DNA of 64,000 nt from Rhynchobatus australiae (taxonomy: Eukaryota), in NCBI GenBank assembly GCA_034780895.1, contig JAUZTB010000135.1, positions 80,597,451-80,661,450 on the forward strand, given 5' to 3'. Positions 1 through 12,890 of the stretch are shown here, piece after piece; the first letter of the stretch is position 1, and each line of letters opens with the position of its first letter. The notes under the pieces are model-generated. The model was not told where the DNA came from. It worked only from the letters and a program-made list of their open reading frames with translations, and ran no database searches. The position numbers and the translations under genes are program-made.

Positions 1-1099
1 GCCAGGCAAATCATTCCAGAGTTACGGCAACAAAAGTAAGTCAGTAAATCCATATATTTAGTGAAGGACTACAGTTTGGAGATGAGGGAGCTTTTATAAA
101 GAAATGTCTTTCTTAAAAATACGATGTATATATTTGAAATCTGATGCTTGACCAAAGGCCAATGCAAGTCTGCAACCGCAGGTGGTGATTGAAGAGGATT
201 TGGTCCATGTTAAGGTGTGGGCAACAGTTTTTGGGTTCGCATAAATTCACGTGGGTCCATTGAGCAAGACTTCAGTTGATGGCACGACCCATAGTTTTCA
301 AAACCTTGCTTTGTGCTTTGACAGCACGGTATGGCTTCCTGTGTTGGCAAGCAAAGAAATTCAAGCAATTAGAACTACAGTTTAAATCCAAATATGACAG
401 GCTTGTTGGTGTTGCTGGCAGTACTAATCATAGTAAGGATTCAAACTAATGAAATCCAGGTGGCTTTTGAAAGTTAAATTTGTTTAAATGTTGTTTCAGC
501 TGCCTTATTACACTAATGTGGGATGACACTGCAGCTGTGATCAGGTTAGTATCCTAAATGTCCATTCCTTGTCTTAGAAAGACAACAGCAAACTTTTAGT
601 GAAATGTCTGCATTTTTTTTCATGAGCAACTTTAAGTTTATGGAAAAACTGTGTCCAAGCCTCTGAAACTGGTTGTGGTGTGGGCTCTTCTGCACCACAC
701 ACTCCCCAAGGCCGCATTTGTCCCACAAGTTGATTTTTGCTTACATCTAAACTTCTGAAGGTAGGTTGGGGAATCTAGATATGTTTTAGGGGGTGGGGGA
801 AGGGGGAGAGAGGGATTTGCAAAGGAGACCTTGAAATTTGGGGATTCTTACTCAAGTGCAGAATTACTGANNNNNNNNNNACCTTTTGCTCCCAAGGAGT
901 TTGAACACTGTTGGGGTTCTCATGGAGTCCAGTAGTGCTGGTGAATCTGCCCACTGAAGATGAAATTGGAACAGCATCTCCAATTTTTTCCTCTTGAAGG
1001 GGGCAAATGGCTGTAAAGGAGCAAAGTATATGTTGGCAACCTAATCATGCTTGTTTCTATGCTCTATGGCTACACACCCCCTCTCGGTGCACACATACT

Positions 1100-1310
1100 A
1101 ATTGTACAATTACATTCTTATTTATTCTCCACATTCTCATCAACTACACATAGATTCTACCACTTGGCCACCAGGTGCAATTTAGTGGCCAATTAACCTA
1201 CTAACCCATATCTTTGAAATGTGGGAGGAAACCTATGTGATCATGGGTGCTGTTTGAGTTTGTGCATTCTCCCCAAGGTCAGGATTGAACCTAGGATTCT
1301 GGAACAGAGG
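1100..1310 (-). mobile_element. Degraded V-SINE/HE1-like SINE
   Basis: ccaattaacctactaacccatatctttgaaatgtgggaggaaacc, similar to copies at 35636 and 58690. Confidence 0.55.
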
Positions 1311-1439
1311 CAGATTCTTGTATGAGTTGTCACCCATTGTTCCTCAAATTGCAGTGGGCCTTGTCTGTGATCTTCTGGTACTGCACTGTTGCAAAGAGCA
1401 GAGTGGGATGGTGGCATGGCAGGAACCTGAAGCTGCTTC

Positions 1440-1870
1440 ATGTCTATGGACTGAGCATGGGTACTCTGCAGTGTGATCATCCAATCTGCATTTGATTTCT
1501 TCAGTTTGGGGGAGGCCACATTTGAACACTAGATGGGAAGAAGTGCAAATGAATCACTGCTTCACCTAGAAGGAATGTTTTGGGTCCTGGATGGTAGGAA
1601 GATAAAAGGTGAAAGAGCAGATGTTGAACCTCCTGTGGTTGCATGGAAGTATAATCAATAGAGCTGCAGGCTTGTAATAGGTGTGTCTCCCCTGAGATAG
1701 AGAGAGAGAGGTAGAGAGATACAGAAAGGGAATGGAAGAGTCACACTGAACAAATTCTTTGAATTCTACTCACTTTCTCCAGATCAAAGGTGCAGCTGTA
1801 AGTACTTGGGGCCCCAAGCTACACCTGTCTTTTTGTGGGATACATGGTTTCAGTCCTACTCCCACTTGTT
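1440..1870. mobile_element. Penelope-like fragments (GIY-YIG part on -, RT part on +)
   Basis: 1480-1650 parallels 59730-59910; 1785-1860 parallels the RT segment at 60570-60620 in the opposite orientation. Confidence 0.6.
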
Positions 1871-3014
1871 TCACTTGATCCATTCTCTGACTTAAATGGT
1901 GTGTGTGGTTTCAAATTTTTTTTAAATTGTGCCTCTTGTTTCTGTAGATTGCCTGAGTTTTATTTTCCCTGTATTACATCACTTGCATTTCTCAAACAAG
2001 CCACCTGAGTTTTGGGCTTCTAATTATGGGTTCCTGGACCACCTGTGATCTATTGTNNNNNNNNNNNNNNNNNNNNCATGGTTCTTTTTTGAGTGTGCCA
2101 TCCCTTCCTCTGTTAAGCTATTGTGAGTTCTGTGATTCTGACTATTGTATTTAGAAAGTGGCTAGCTGGGCAATTTAAGTAGAGGCAAAAGCTTTCCTTA
2201 TTGCCTACACTTTGCATTGTGGGTGGGTGGTGGGAGGACATTGTTCGCAATCCAATGTAATGAACCTGGCGTTTGTTGTGTGGGTTACATGGGATTAGTG
2301 ACCATTCATTTTAAAAACAATTTGGAAGCAAAACTGTAGATGTTGGAAATGTGACTGCAGCCTATTTTTTTTTAAAAGATCTTTTGGTTTTAAAACTTGC
2401 AATTACTATGCTCATCTATTTTATGAAAACAAATGATTTGGTTTTTGCCATGAAGTGAAATTTGGCATTTTAGTCAGCACTTTCTCTTTTTTTTGGTGGG
2501 GTTGAAGAAAGTCATTAAGCTAGCAAGCCACTAGAATGTGTTTAATACTTTTACAAATTAACACAACCATTCCTTCTGATGTTACTCAGTTCATCACTGT
2601 CTTTGCATCATTAATAATCAACAGAACCAAGGAAGGATAGGATCCTTAGTCCATGAAAGTTGACCATTTATGCAAGAAATTGTGTAATGTTCCTCTTGTG
2701 ACTTGAGTTGTTTTGTTTACATATTCTAAACCAAGCCCTTTTATATTTTGCAAAACTTCTTAATCTTTTTTAAAAATGGGATTTGCAATACTACAGAATG
2801 TTCCAAGAACTAGTTATCTAACATTAGTCTTGAGTGCTGATGCTAATCTAGAGCTAAGTAATAGTCAATAGATACAGATACAATCATTGAATACATGCTC
2901 TTATGTTTTTTTTGGTAAGGTGACAAATATGTGCAGAAAGGCAATCTATTAATCTTTAATTAGTTGCTTTAATGATGGTAGCAAGATTCACTAAATACCC
3001 TATGCAAGGCCACT

Positions 3015-3860
3015 AAGATCATAAGCAAGAATACACCAGATGACCTGTATGTATGCTCTGCCAATAAATACTATCATGGCTGATTTTTTTTTACCTTTTC
3101 TAAAATTTTCGTCCTCGTAATCCCCATAATCTTAAATCTCCCAATAGTTCAAGAAAATTTTAGAATGTACTCATGATAAAAATCAGAATAAAAAGATTCA
3201 TTGCCTCAAATTTCTCATTTTCAGTCAGAAGTGGTTAATGTCTTATCCTTGACATGGCCTCTAGATCTAGACTCCCTCCACCTGGGGGAACGGCTACCTT
3301 GTTCTTCCTCAATCACGTTTCAGTGAGTTTGTTCTTCTCGCTGCTCAATTTCTTCAACAACACCCTAATCCCAATGACCCTATCTGCTGCATTACCTCCA
3401 AGTGGGGAGACCATGACTATACAGTTTGTTCTCGCCCAAAGCCCTTGTATTCTTGCCAAAGTCTTTTGAGGAAAGATTGGGCAGGCTAAACTTGTATCTG
3501 GAATTTAGATGAGATGACTTGATTAAAATATGCAAGATCCTGAGGGGTGAGTTGTTTAGTGTGGTCTTAACTGGGTGTATGTGGGTAGGATTCCTCTTCC
3601 TTGTGGGAGGATCTTGAATAAAATTTAAGGATCACCCTTTTGATACAAGTGCAGTTTTTTCCAAGGATTATGTGTCTCTGGAATACCCTTCCTCAAAGGT
3701 GACAGAAGCAGTATCTTTAAATATTTCAAAGGCAAAGAGTTGCTTGATGAGCAAAAAGTTGGAAGGTTACTAGGAGTAAGTATGAATGTGGAGTTGTAGT
3801 CGTCAGCCACAATCTTATTTGATGATGAAGTTGTTTGTTGGGCTTCCTTGCTCCTGGACT
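3015..3860. mobile_element. Two degraded CR1 3' fragments in opposite orientations
   Basis: Minus-strand CR1-type tail at 3015-3460; plus-strand RT C-terminus and tail at 3470-3860. Confidence 0.55.
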
Positions 3861-3969
3861 CCATTCCCCAGCTTGCAATAAGAGCTGTTTTATTTGCTGC
3901 ACCTGCATGTCTGCTTTGTTTATCAAAGATGCCCCCAGGTATTTTTGGAAACCAATATCTCAATTTGAG

Positions 3970-4120
3970 GCACAAAACTGCAGAATCTGGAAACGTGAAA
4001 TAAGGGAACATTATGGGAATTCTAAGGTCAGGCAGCATTTGTGATGAAAGGTCATTGATCCGAAACTTCACTTCTCTGCAGATGTCTGACCTAAGTGTTC
4101 TTAGCACTTTCTGTTCTTTT
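3970..4120. mobile_element. Penelope pLTR-derived inverted-repeat element
   Basis: ggtcaggcagcatttgtg ... gcagatgtctgacct inverted arms around TGATGA...GAAAC. Confidence 0.55.
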
Positions 4121-6667
4121 AGTTATTGTACCATTTAACCATTTGTTTCTTCTGCAAATTCAGTATTTTCACTTCACATTATATTCTGTCTGCCACCTTT
4201 TTTCACCCACTTGTTTTTTCTCTCCCAGACAATCTTCCTTGCAATTTGCTTTCCCATCTGTATTGTTAGCAAGCCATTTTAATCAGTCACTTATATTGTA
4301 AGTGGCTGAGCTCCATCAATTATTCAGACGCACCCTACTAGCTACAATTTGTTTACTTCAACTTTGTTGCCTGTCACCTAGTAGCTTGGTAAGAAAACTA
4401 TTTGCTTGTACTGGGAGCCTTGCCTTGTGCAGAATTTTTTGTGTGGAAATCACTTTGCTCAACTTGATTAGTGCAGATAAGCCATAGCCACATTTGTGGC
4501 TAGTCTAGTTCTGTTGAACAGCACTGAAGGCAAACTACCCAATGAAGAAGGAAATGGATAACATTAGCAATAGATGTATCTGCAAAGTCAAGATATTTTG
4601 AAATACAGGCAGTCCCTCTGTTACTTAACTTCCATTCCTGAGAACAGTCCTTGAGCCAATTTTCTCTGTCAGAAATGTCTATTTTCTATTGCTACCCATA
4701 CCATATTGCTCTGCATACACAAGCTTTAATTCTCTCAAAATTACAAATGTTGATTTGAAAATAGGGGTTTGTAAATTGTGGATGCCATGTACATGTGATT
4801 ATACCCTCTTTTAAAGTTTGAGAATGAAAATCTGAGTCATTTCTTTATCAACACAAACTTAAAATATGATGGAAAGACTGGTTTGTCTTCTACCCGTTTC
4901 TGGAATGTGAAATGTTTTAACTGGCTGAGGAAAGATGATGCTGATTAATCTTAAATCGCATTTTTTGATGAGAACAGTGGATTTGTCACTTGTGGACTAA
5001 TAGTTCACTTGTCAATGTGATTCACTGTCACTGTTTGTCAGAAGTGTGGAAAAACAAAGCCTTTATTAGAGCAGTAAATCACTATTTCCCACGGTCCCAT
5101 TGTTCTGTTTATGCAATGACAGTCTTCATAATGAGTCCTTCAGGCCCTTTTCCTTTTTATGACTGAGCATCATTTAGGAATTTTAATGAATAAATGTGAC
5201 ACTTGGGCTAGGATATCAATGCTAAACAGTATTTCTTTTGTTTCAATACACCTGTACTATGGAGTCTTTATCCTTTTTGCATTTAAACTTGCTCAGTTTG
5301 TTGACTAATTACAATGAGGCTGCTGCTTTTGCTGTGGTGCCATTAGTTATGTTGATTTCTGCAGAGTTGTTTGTACCACTTAATTGGCTGAGGGTACTTT
5401 TATACTAATCAGGATGGCATGTGGCTGCAGTAATATCTGTGCAATTGATTTGCCTGTTAAGTCTTGACCATGCAGTTCCAGATTAGAACAAGTATGGATA
5501 AATAACTGGATAATAGTTGAGTTACTGGCCTAGGTATTGGATGTCCATTGCTGCACTAAAAATCTGTGCTCACATTAAGATGGCAGTGTGAATCCAGGCT
5601 ATTGCAAGGCCTCACAGCAATAGTGATGTCCGGAATACCTGTCGAATCTGAGCTCTTCATAGTCAGGAAGGCTATCAGTTCTGTTAATATCCAACTAGTA
5701 GCTGACCACAAATAAAACTTAATGATATTAGTGCCATCTTCTAAGAGCAGTTAAAGAGCTATTTAATGTTGTATCAGTCTAACATGCCAGCTTTTGAGGG
5801 AAATATCTTCCTACCATGGCTTCACACACCAATTAAAGCCTGCAGACTACCCAATTGTGAAAGAAGGCATAACTCTCTCAAACAGCAAAGATACAGTGAG
5901 GGCTATACCACACACATAATGAAGAGTACCGTAGTTATGCTGATGAGATTTTGATCTTTACCTGTTGGGGTCTGTTTGACTATATTTAGTCAGCCCGCTC
6001 CCTACTCTATTGTAGCCTGCTACTTTTGCTATCAGCTCTTGTCAGAGGAAGTGCTGGAGGAGAACAACACATCCCTGAAGGGGGCCTGAGCAGATGTTGT
6101 AAGCTCTTTTTCTTTTAAAAAGAGAAAGTAGCCAATGTATTTCCACTGCATTCCAAAACCCAAGTTGTTAGCCTGAAAATTAGGAGTATTTATCAAGTTT
6201 TAGTTTTGAACACTTCTCAAATGGTCTTAATCACTTTATAATCTGTTACTATCCTTCATTCTCACTTAATTTGCACAAAAACTTGAACCGAACTTGGCAC
6301 CTTTTCCACAGGTTAACTTGTGATTGACTTCTTCCACAAGGTATGACACCTCATCTCAATACTAGACTTTTCCAGTGGTTTTTTTCCTCCAGGCAAAACA
6401 TGATTGCTATCTTTAAGCCTTTGCATCAAAGCTAGCAGTTTAAGCAAAAATCTTCAATCTTTTTCCTAAGCACTCAGCTACGTCCTGTGTTATCACACCT
6501 GCATTGGAGGCTAGTCTTGCCATAACCTTGACATTAAAATATAGCCATATAATCAGTTCTTGAAGTAATTGGTTGGATTATGATGTTTGTAACTTTGCCC
6601 TGAACAATCACCTCACATTAAAATGTTTACTTTTTTAAAAAAAAGCTTGGTGTACAGAGTCAACTGC

Positions 6668-7335
6668 TGTTATGGACTAGGTTACTATTGGCTCTTTTAA
6701 GATGGTGCATAGTGGTGTGTGTGGCGTGCTGACATCAACAGAAGATAAAGGACGTCATGATGTTGTTGGAGCAGTCAGTCGGAGGAGAGACACATCAGTC
6801 TGCTAGTTTCTCTATCAATGGATGAGAAACAGTAACTGTGCCTGTCACTACAATCCACGTATGGATTTTTGGAGTAATCTGGTGGAGTCCACTTTTGTTG
6901 TTAACCTGTAGAAGGAAACAGGTATTTGTGTGAATGGCCACGTTTTGAGTGCCTTTTGGGGTGAGGAAGATGTGGTGGAGTAGTCACCACTGAGGTGTCG
7001 TATGGGTTCCATCATGGAACATTTGGATTTTGTAATATCTCTATTTTCTCTCTCTCTACATCTATGTTTTGTCTTCAGTCAACAGTGGTTGTTGAAGAAA
7101 CCTTTGCTCACATTTCACTTTATGGCTTGCTGAACTGAACTTTAAGAACCATTCCTGGAGTTGGAGTTTGGGAATTTGCCACACACACTAAGAGTTTAGT
7201 TTTTGGGGTTAATGTTTTAAGATTTTTACTTCTAATGTTCTAACATTTTTACTTTTTTTATTTTTCTTATTATCATATATAGCTATTAATAAAGTAGTTT
7301 TTAACACCTGGTACATGACTCGGTGTGTTTCATTG
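6668..7335 (+). mobile_element. Probable solo LTR, 3' end eroded
   Basis: Starts TGTTATGG; composition differs from flanks; AATAAA near 7288 followed by a GT-rich tail; no ORF. Confidence 0.4.
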
Positions 7336-7794
7336 GAATGCAATAATATGCAACCTTAATGCTACCTGCTGATTTAGATCAATGATGGTAATTCTTGTAA
7401 TACGAAGTGTTTTGGGCATTGCACGTTCTCAGTTTGTGCTCCAACAATGAGAAGCAAATCCTCTTCTAAATGTCCTATGGAATAACTGATTTGTCTTGTT
7501 AACTTTGTCAGGCAGCCTTATGGTGCAGGCAAAAAAAGTTGTGTTGCTAAAGGAATTTTGGTGGGGAGATCTTTTGTTATTTGGCCGGATTCCTGATGGT
7601 TCTCCAATTTGACCAGATTTCAGTAAATATTTATAGGAAGGAAATGTACAGTTGCTGATTGCTTAGAACCTAACTGATGCAGTACCCCCTCTTTGGCTCC
7701 AGACAGGCTTCTGTGAGGCTTATCTGTTTCTGTGTACAGGCAGACCCCAGGTTACAATTGCTCAATTTGGACACCTCTATGTAAGAATGAGCTC

Positions 7795-7917
7795 TAATAA
7801 ATTCAGAAGTACCAATGTACAAACATGCACTTGTTCCTACAAGCAACAGAAAGGAACTTATTTCTGCTGTTTGTAGGAACAAGTGCATGTTTGTACATTA
7901 GGACTTCAGATTTATTA
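7795..7917. repeat. Long inverted repeat (hairpin, MITE-like)
   Basis: Perfect 29-bp arms at 7814-7842 and 7871-7899 within about 58-bp imperfect arms. Confidence 0.9.
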
Positions 7918-9439
7918 TCTTCATTTTTGGTCATTGTTTCTCAACTTTCCTGTGTGCTTTTGATGCTGTTTCATCACAATACTGTGGAGTATGGTTACTA
8001 TATTGAGTTTTTTGTACACTTTCCAGCTTGTAGACAAAATTGGCTTAACCATATCTGTGCCTTTTTTTAAAAAGAAAATTGCCTGGGGATGGCCTATACT
8101 CTAATGGTTGGGAGTGGGGTGCAGTGTGATTAGCTTTCTGTTTAAAGGATCAGCTTCAAACTATTTTTCTACCAGGATTCAATGCAGTTTGGGAATGTGA
8201 CCTGAGGAGTGTGTGCAAGGATGTGTGAACCTCTCATCACCAAGTGAAATGCAAATGTTTTTCCACTCAGCTGATTGACACTCCCAGGGGACTGGGTAAA
8301 TATGGAGCACATCTAATGTTGGGTAGATCACATTGGTGCTCTTACCCCCNNNNNNNNNNNNNNNNNNNNNCTGGGAACTGCTGCTGGCAGCTAATTGCTT
8401 CCATCTCTATTCCTCCATTAACAATGGTCTGACCAACAGTCTGCTCACTGGTGGCATCAAACAGTGCTCAAGACTGTAGCTTGAGCCTCTCAAGTCAACT
8501 TTTTGAGTTGAATTTGCCTGTGCAAGCATGAAGGGAGCAAGAAAACAAGAGGCTGTGTAGTGCCATGATGGAATGCTTTGACTTGACCTTGACAATGTAG
8601 TTTGTATTCTCCAGGCTTTGTGACAAAATGCAAAAGTTACACTGACTGTGGTCCCCATAACTACAGCAAAATGTCAGTTAAGGATATTGCTGCCTGTAGT
8701 GTTGTGTATAATAAACTTTTTCTAATGTGCTTCCCTTCTGCAGTCTTGTCCCTTTTTTGGTAATGTGTGATTTAAGCCTCAAACACTCTTGGCTTTACTG
8801 CTGCCCACTAATTCCAAACTCTTGCATTGTAGAATGCAACACACTACCATTAATCCTTACTGCTTGTCAGCCATGGTACCTGTATCTAGGCTGGTGTTGA
8901 GTAGACTTGATGCAGTGGCAGTGTCCATGGCTGGAGCAGGGGTCTCTGAACTTGGGAGCTTGGTTTACTGTCATTGCCTCTTTAGCTGTTGTGCCTAATC
9001 TGCATCCTGATTCAATTTTGTGCAACAATTTAGCAGACTTGGTCAGCTGAGAGTCCAGTAATGTGAATAAAAGACAACTGACATAAAAGTACAACTGATC
9101 CTTATGGGCACTGTCAGCAACTTAAACTNNNNNNNNNNNNNNNNNNNNNNNNNNNNNNNNNNNTGTGATGGATGGTTCATTGATACTTGGAGGGATGACT
9201 TGCAATTTGTGTTAGCTGTGGTTTTCACAGGTGAGATGTGTAGAGTGCACCTTGATTTCATATTTAGGTATCTGAGTATTTCAGGATGAATGCAGGTATG
9301 TATGAATCATCCCAGACTAACCACACAGACACCTGTTGATTTGTGGCAAGACTTGCATGCTGTTATGGATAACTACAAAGTGAAGTTGTGCAGTATCTCT
9401 AGCACCAATGCATCCTCTCTGAGCTCTGCCTTTTTTATA

Positions 9440-10695
9440 CCTGTTTTGAACAGAAGGTCAGTGAAATGACACCACTGGGGCCTGACTGTCTTTGCACCTG
9501 TACAGATGGTACCTGTGGTTACCACAGATGTCGGATCAGCTTGCCTTAAAGTGAACCCACAGAAAGTGACTGGACTGGCCTGGATGGAGTCCCTGGCTCT
9601 GTGTCCTTGGATCATGCACAGACCAACCTGATATTCCCACCTGCTTTAAGAAGATCACTATTATCCCAGTTCTAAAGAAAAATAACAGACCTTCATGAAT
9701 ATATCCACTGGTCACTGTCATCCACCATGAAGTGCTTTGAGAGGCTGGTTGTAGCACAATCAATTCCAGCACTGCAGACAACCTGGACCCACTGCAATCC
9801 ACCTGAAACAGGTCTATGACAGCCACCATCTCCCTGTTCCTACACTTGTCTCTGGAACATCTGAATAACAGACACCTGTGTCAGACTCATTTTATTGACT
9901 ATAGCTTTACCATAAATCCCAAACAAACTCGTATCCAAACTCCTAAGCTTAGGACTCTGCAATCCCCTGACCCATCTGCAACCAAATTCTTGACTTCCTG
10001 ACCAGTGGCCTGCAATTGGCAAGGATGGGTTACAACACTACCACCAGTTATTCTCAACACCAGTGCCTCGCAAGGCTACATTCTTGACCCTTGGTATACT
10101 CCTTATACACAACTGTGGCCAAGTTCTGTTCTAACTCAATTTACAAGTTTGCAGAAGACACCACTGTCATGAGACAGTATGGAATGAGATGTAAAACCTC
10201 ATGGCATGATGTCAAGACAACCTTTCCCTCAATATAATCAAAATGAAGGAGCTGGTCACTGACTTCAGGAAGCAGGGTGGAGTACCTGCCCATGTCTTTT
10301 TATCAATGGTGTTGAAGTGAAGATGGATGAGAGCTTCAAGTTCCTAGGTGTAAACAACACCAGAAACTTGTCCTGGTCCAGCCATGTGAGCACTATGGCC
10401 AAGAAAGCACACCAATGCCTCAATTCCCTCAGAAGGCTAAGGGAATTCAGAATGTCCCTGATGATTCTTGAATTTTTTGTATGTACATTTGTTTATATAA
10501 ACAGATGCACCATAGAAAGCATACTATCCCTGCTGCATCACAGCTTGGTATGGCAATGTCTACCTGCACTGCATTTTTGCTGTGACTGCAATATTATATT
10601 CTGCACTTTTTTTAGTACCTTTTTTAATGTACTTATGACATACAAACTAAAGCTTTCCACTATCTCAGTACATGTAATAATAAACCAACCAACCA
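9440..10695 (+). mobile_element. Rex1/Babar-like LINE, 5'-truncated and decayed
   Basis: RT remnants (DNLDPLQ, YKFAEDTTV, ESFKFLGV, TMAKKAHQCL, RCTIESIL); tail catgtaataataaaccaacc; same family as 38800-40130. Confidence 0.8.
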
Positions 10696-12454
10696 CTGGT
10701 GCTCCTTATGTATGTGAAGTGTGATTGTAGAAGTAGTCTCAACTGACACATCTGGTCAAGTCATGCAATTTTCATTGATGCATAGTCCTAGAGTTCAGAA
10801 TGTGACAGTTGTCAATTCATTTTTGGCCCTTCTGGAGATAGCCCTGGCAGGCTGTCTTCACCTGCAACCTTCACTTGGGACCTTCAGAGGGTTTGTCAGG
10901 ACTTCCACATCTCTAAGAATCTCCCATGTGCTCCATGGTATTGCTGTCTTGAGGTGAATTATCAAACACATCACTCAGCTGCCAATTGGTACTATTTAAT
11001 TGGAGAACAAACAGTCAGCATACAGTTGATATTGAAATGAGTTATTTTTGCCAAATAAAGCAATATTTGTCATTTTCAAGCATGATGGCTTAACTATCAG
11101 CAATTGAATATCAGCATAATTAAACATGTAATGTTTCTTTTAATTGCTCTTTGCTAGAGGATTGTGTCCCTTCCCACTCTGACATTGAATTTATCTAGAA
11201 GGATCTGCTTGTTTTCTCTGAGATGTGAACTAGGCCTTCCTCCCAACCAAGGTTCAAGTGGAAGACCACCTTGGTCTTGTTCAAATGTTCAAAGCTTCCA
11301 TGTTGGGGTATATGCATTGATGGAGCATATTGGTTTTCCATTAGTGAGCCAGTCACATGGCATCCACTAACTCTACAGGAAAATCAGAGGTTCTGGACCA
11401 AGTGCTTGATTGTGAAGTTTATTCCTTGATTTTTTTTTCCCTCTTCTGATTGCCCCTGCAGAAAGTAGTGCACCCACTACATGTTCTTTAATCTGGTCAC
11501 TGTCTACCCATTGTCTCACTCAGCATGGCAATGTGTATGTTAGTAATACATAGATCTGTCACTGATGTCCACAAGGGTGCTGACTGACTGTGTGGCTGCT
11601 TAAAGTGGAGTAGCCATGGCTCTGAAGTACCTTTTTAGGGTTTCAGAATTGAACTGCAAGCAGGATATGGTAGCAGATGACCAAAATATTTATCAAGTTA
11701 TTTGAAGCAAAGTCTTGAGAGTTTAGTGAGAATTCAGTAATGTCATGCTTGGCAAGTTAAGATTTGAGGGATCAGTGGAGAAGATTATAAATTCATTTGA
11801 TCAGGAGGCCAGAATTAAAGGAACTTGGCTATTTTGCAAGTTGTGGGGTGGTGGGGAATGGTTGGAGCAGAGATGGTGTGAATGAGGCTGTGGAGGCATT
11901 TGCAATAACAAGTGTTGATAGGATTGGGTGGAGAGTAAGTAGGTGTTTGTCAGAATAGTTGGGCAAGGCATGGATGAAGTTTCAGTAGCATGAGCCATGG
12001 TATACATAGAATAGCACAATGTTAATGAGAGGACTAGATGGTCATGTATTTGACACAGATAAACATGCCAACATCAGTTGTGAGCAGTGTTTCAGATGGG
12101 ATACCATTGGGTTGGGGGATCTGGAGTGGGGAAGAAATGAAAATGTAATTGATGAAAAACCGTGCTGCCCAGCTCATCACCTTGCTTTTGAGTGGAGCAA
12201 TGCTAGGAATTGTCCAAATGCAGCTGCGATTCTGAAGTAGGAAATGCAATGGAATGAATGTCTGTTCCAATAGCTGGCTAAATGTAACAAATTATGTCAT
12301 GCCTGTTAATCTGTAACTAATTCTGGATTTTTTGTGATTTTATCATGACAAGGCCCTTGAAGCCTGCTGCAACCTGCTCATAGTTGCTTGTGCAGCACAG
12401 GACTTTTTGAAGTCTAAATGGCATGTGAGTGTGGGGGCAGAACAGCCACAGATA

Positions 12455-12890
12455 CTGAAACCATAAAATAAAACAGTTTGCTGGAAATACTTGGGCCAGG
12501 TAACATTGCAGAACAGTTAATGTCTTGTTTGTGTTTCATCAGAACAGGATACTAGTAGTGGCTGTGCCAGCTGAGAGGGTGGTGAAAGCTCTAACTACAG
12601 ATCTGTGTAGCATTACATAGAAGATTTAATAAGTAAAGAGGAAAAATTATAGAATTGAAATGAAAAATATCGTACATGCTTGAAATCTGGGGTGAGGATG
12701 AAAAGGAATGCTGGAAATAGGCAGCAACTGGCTCATTTTGATATAAAATGAAGGCTTGATTTTTGAAATTGTTGAATTTGAGACCCAGGAGTTGTAATAC
12801 GCTATGTTGGAAGTTGAGGTGCGTTTGCAGCAGTGCAAGAGGACAGAATGAATATGGGTGAAGATTTAAATTATGACAGCTAACTAAGCT
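12455..12890 (-). mobile_element. Penelope pLTR and 3' fragments
   Basis: Parallels 59130-59230 and 59500-59650 (gctatgttggaagttgaggtgc...). Confidence 0.5.

Noticed and set aside
4663-4792. Possible Tigger-like MITE (TA-CAGGCAGTCCC start)
   Set aside because: The 3' inverted terminus is too degenerate to support the call
7670-8070. Mirror-image ORFs MHLFLQ... on both strands
   Set aside because: By-product of the 7795-7917 inverted repeat
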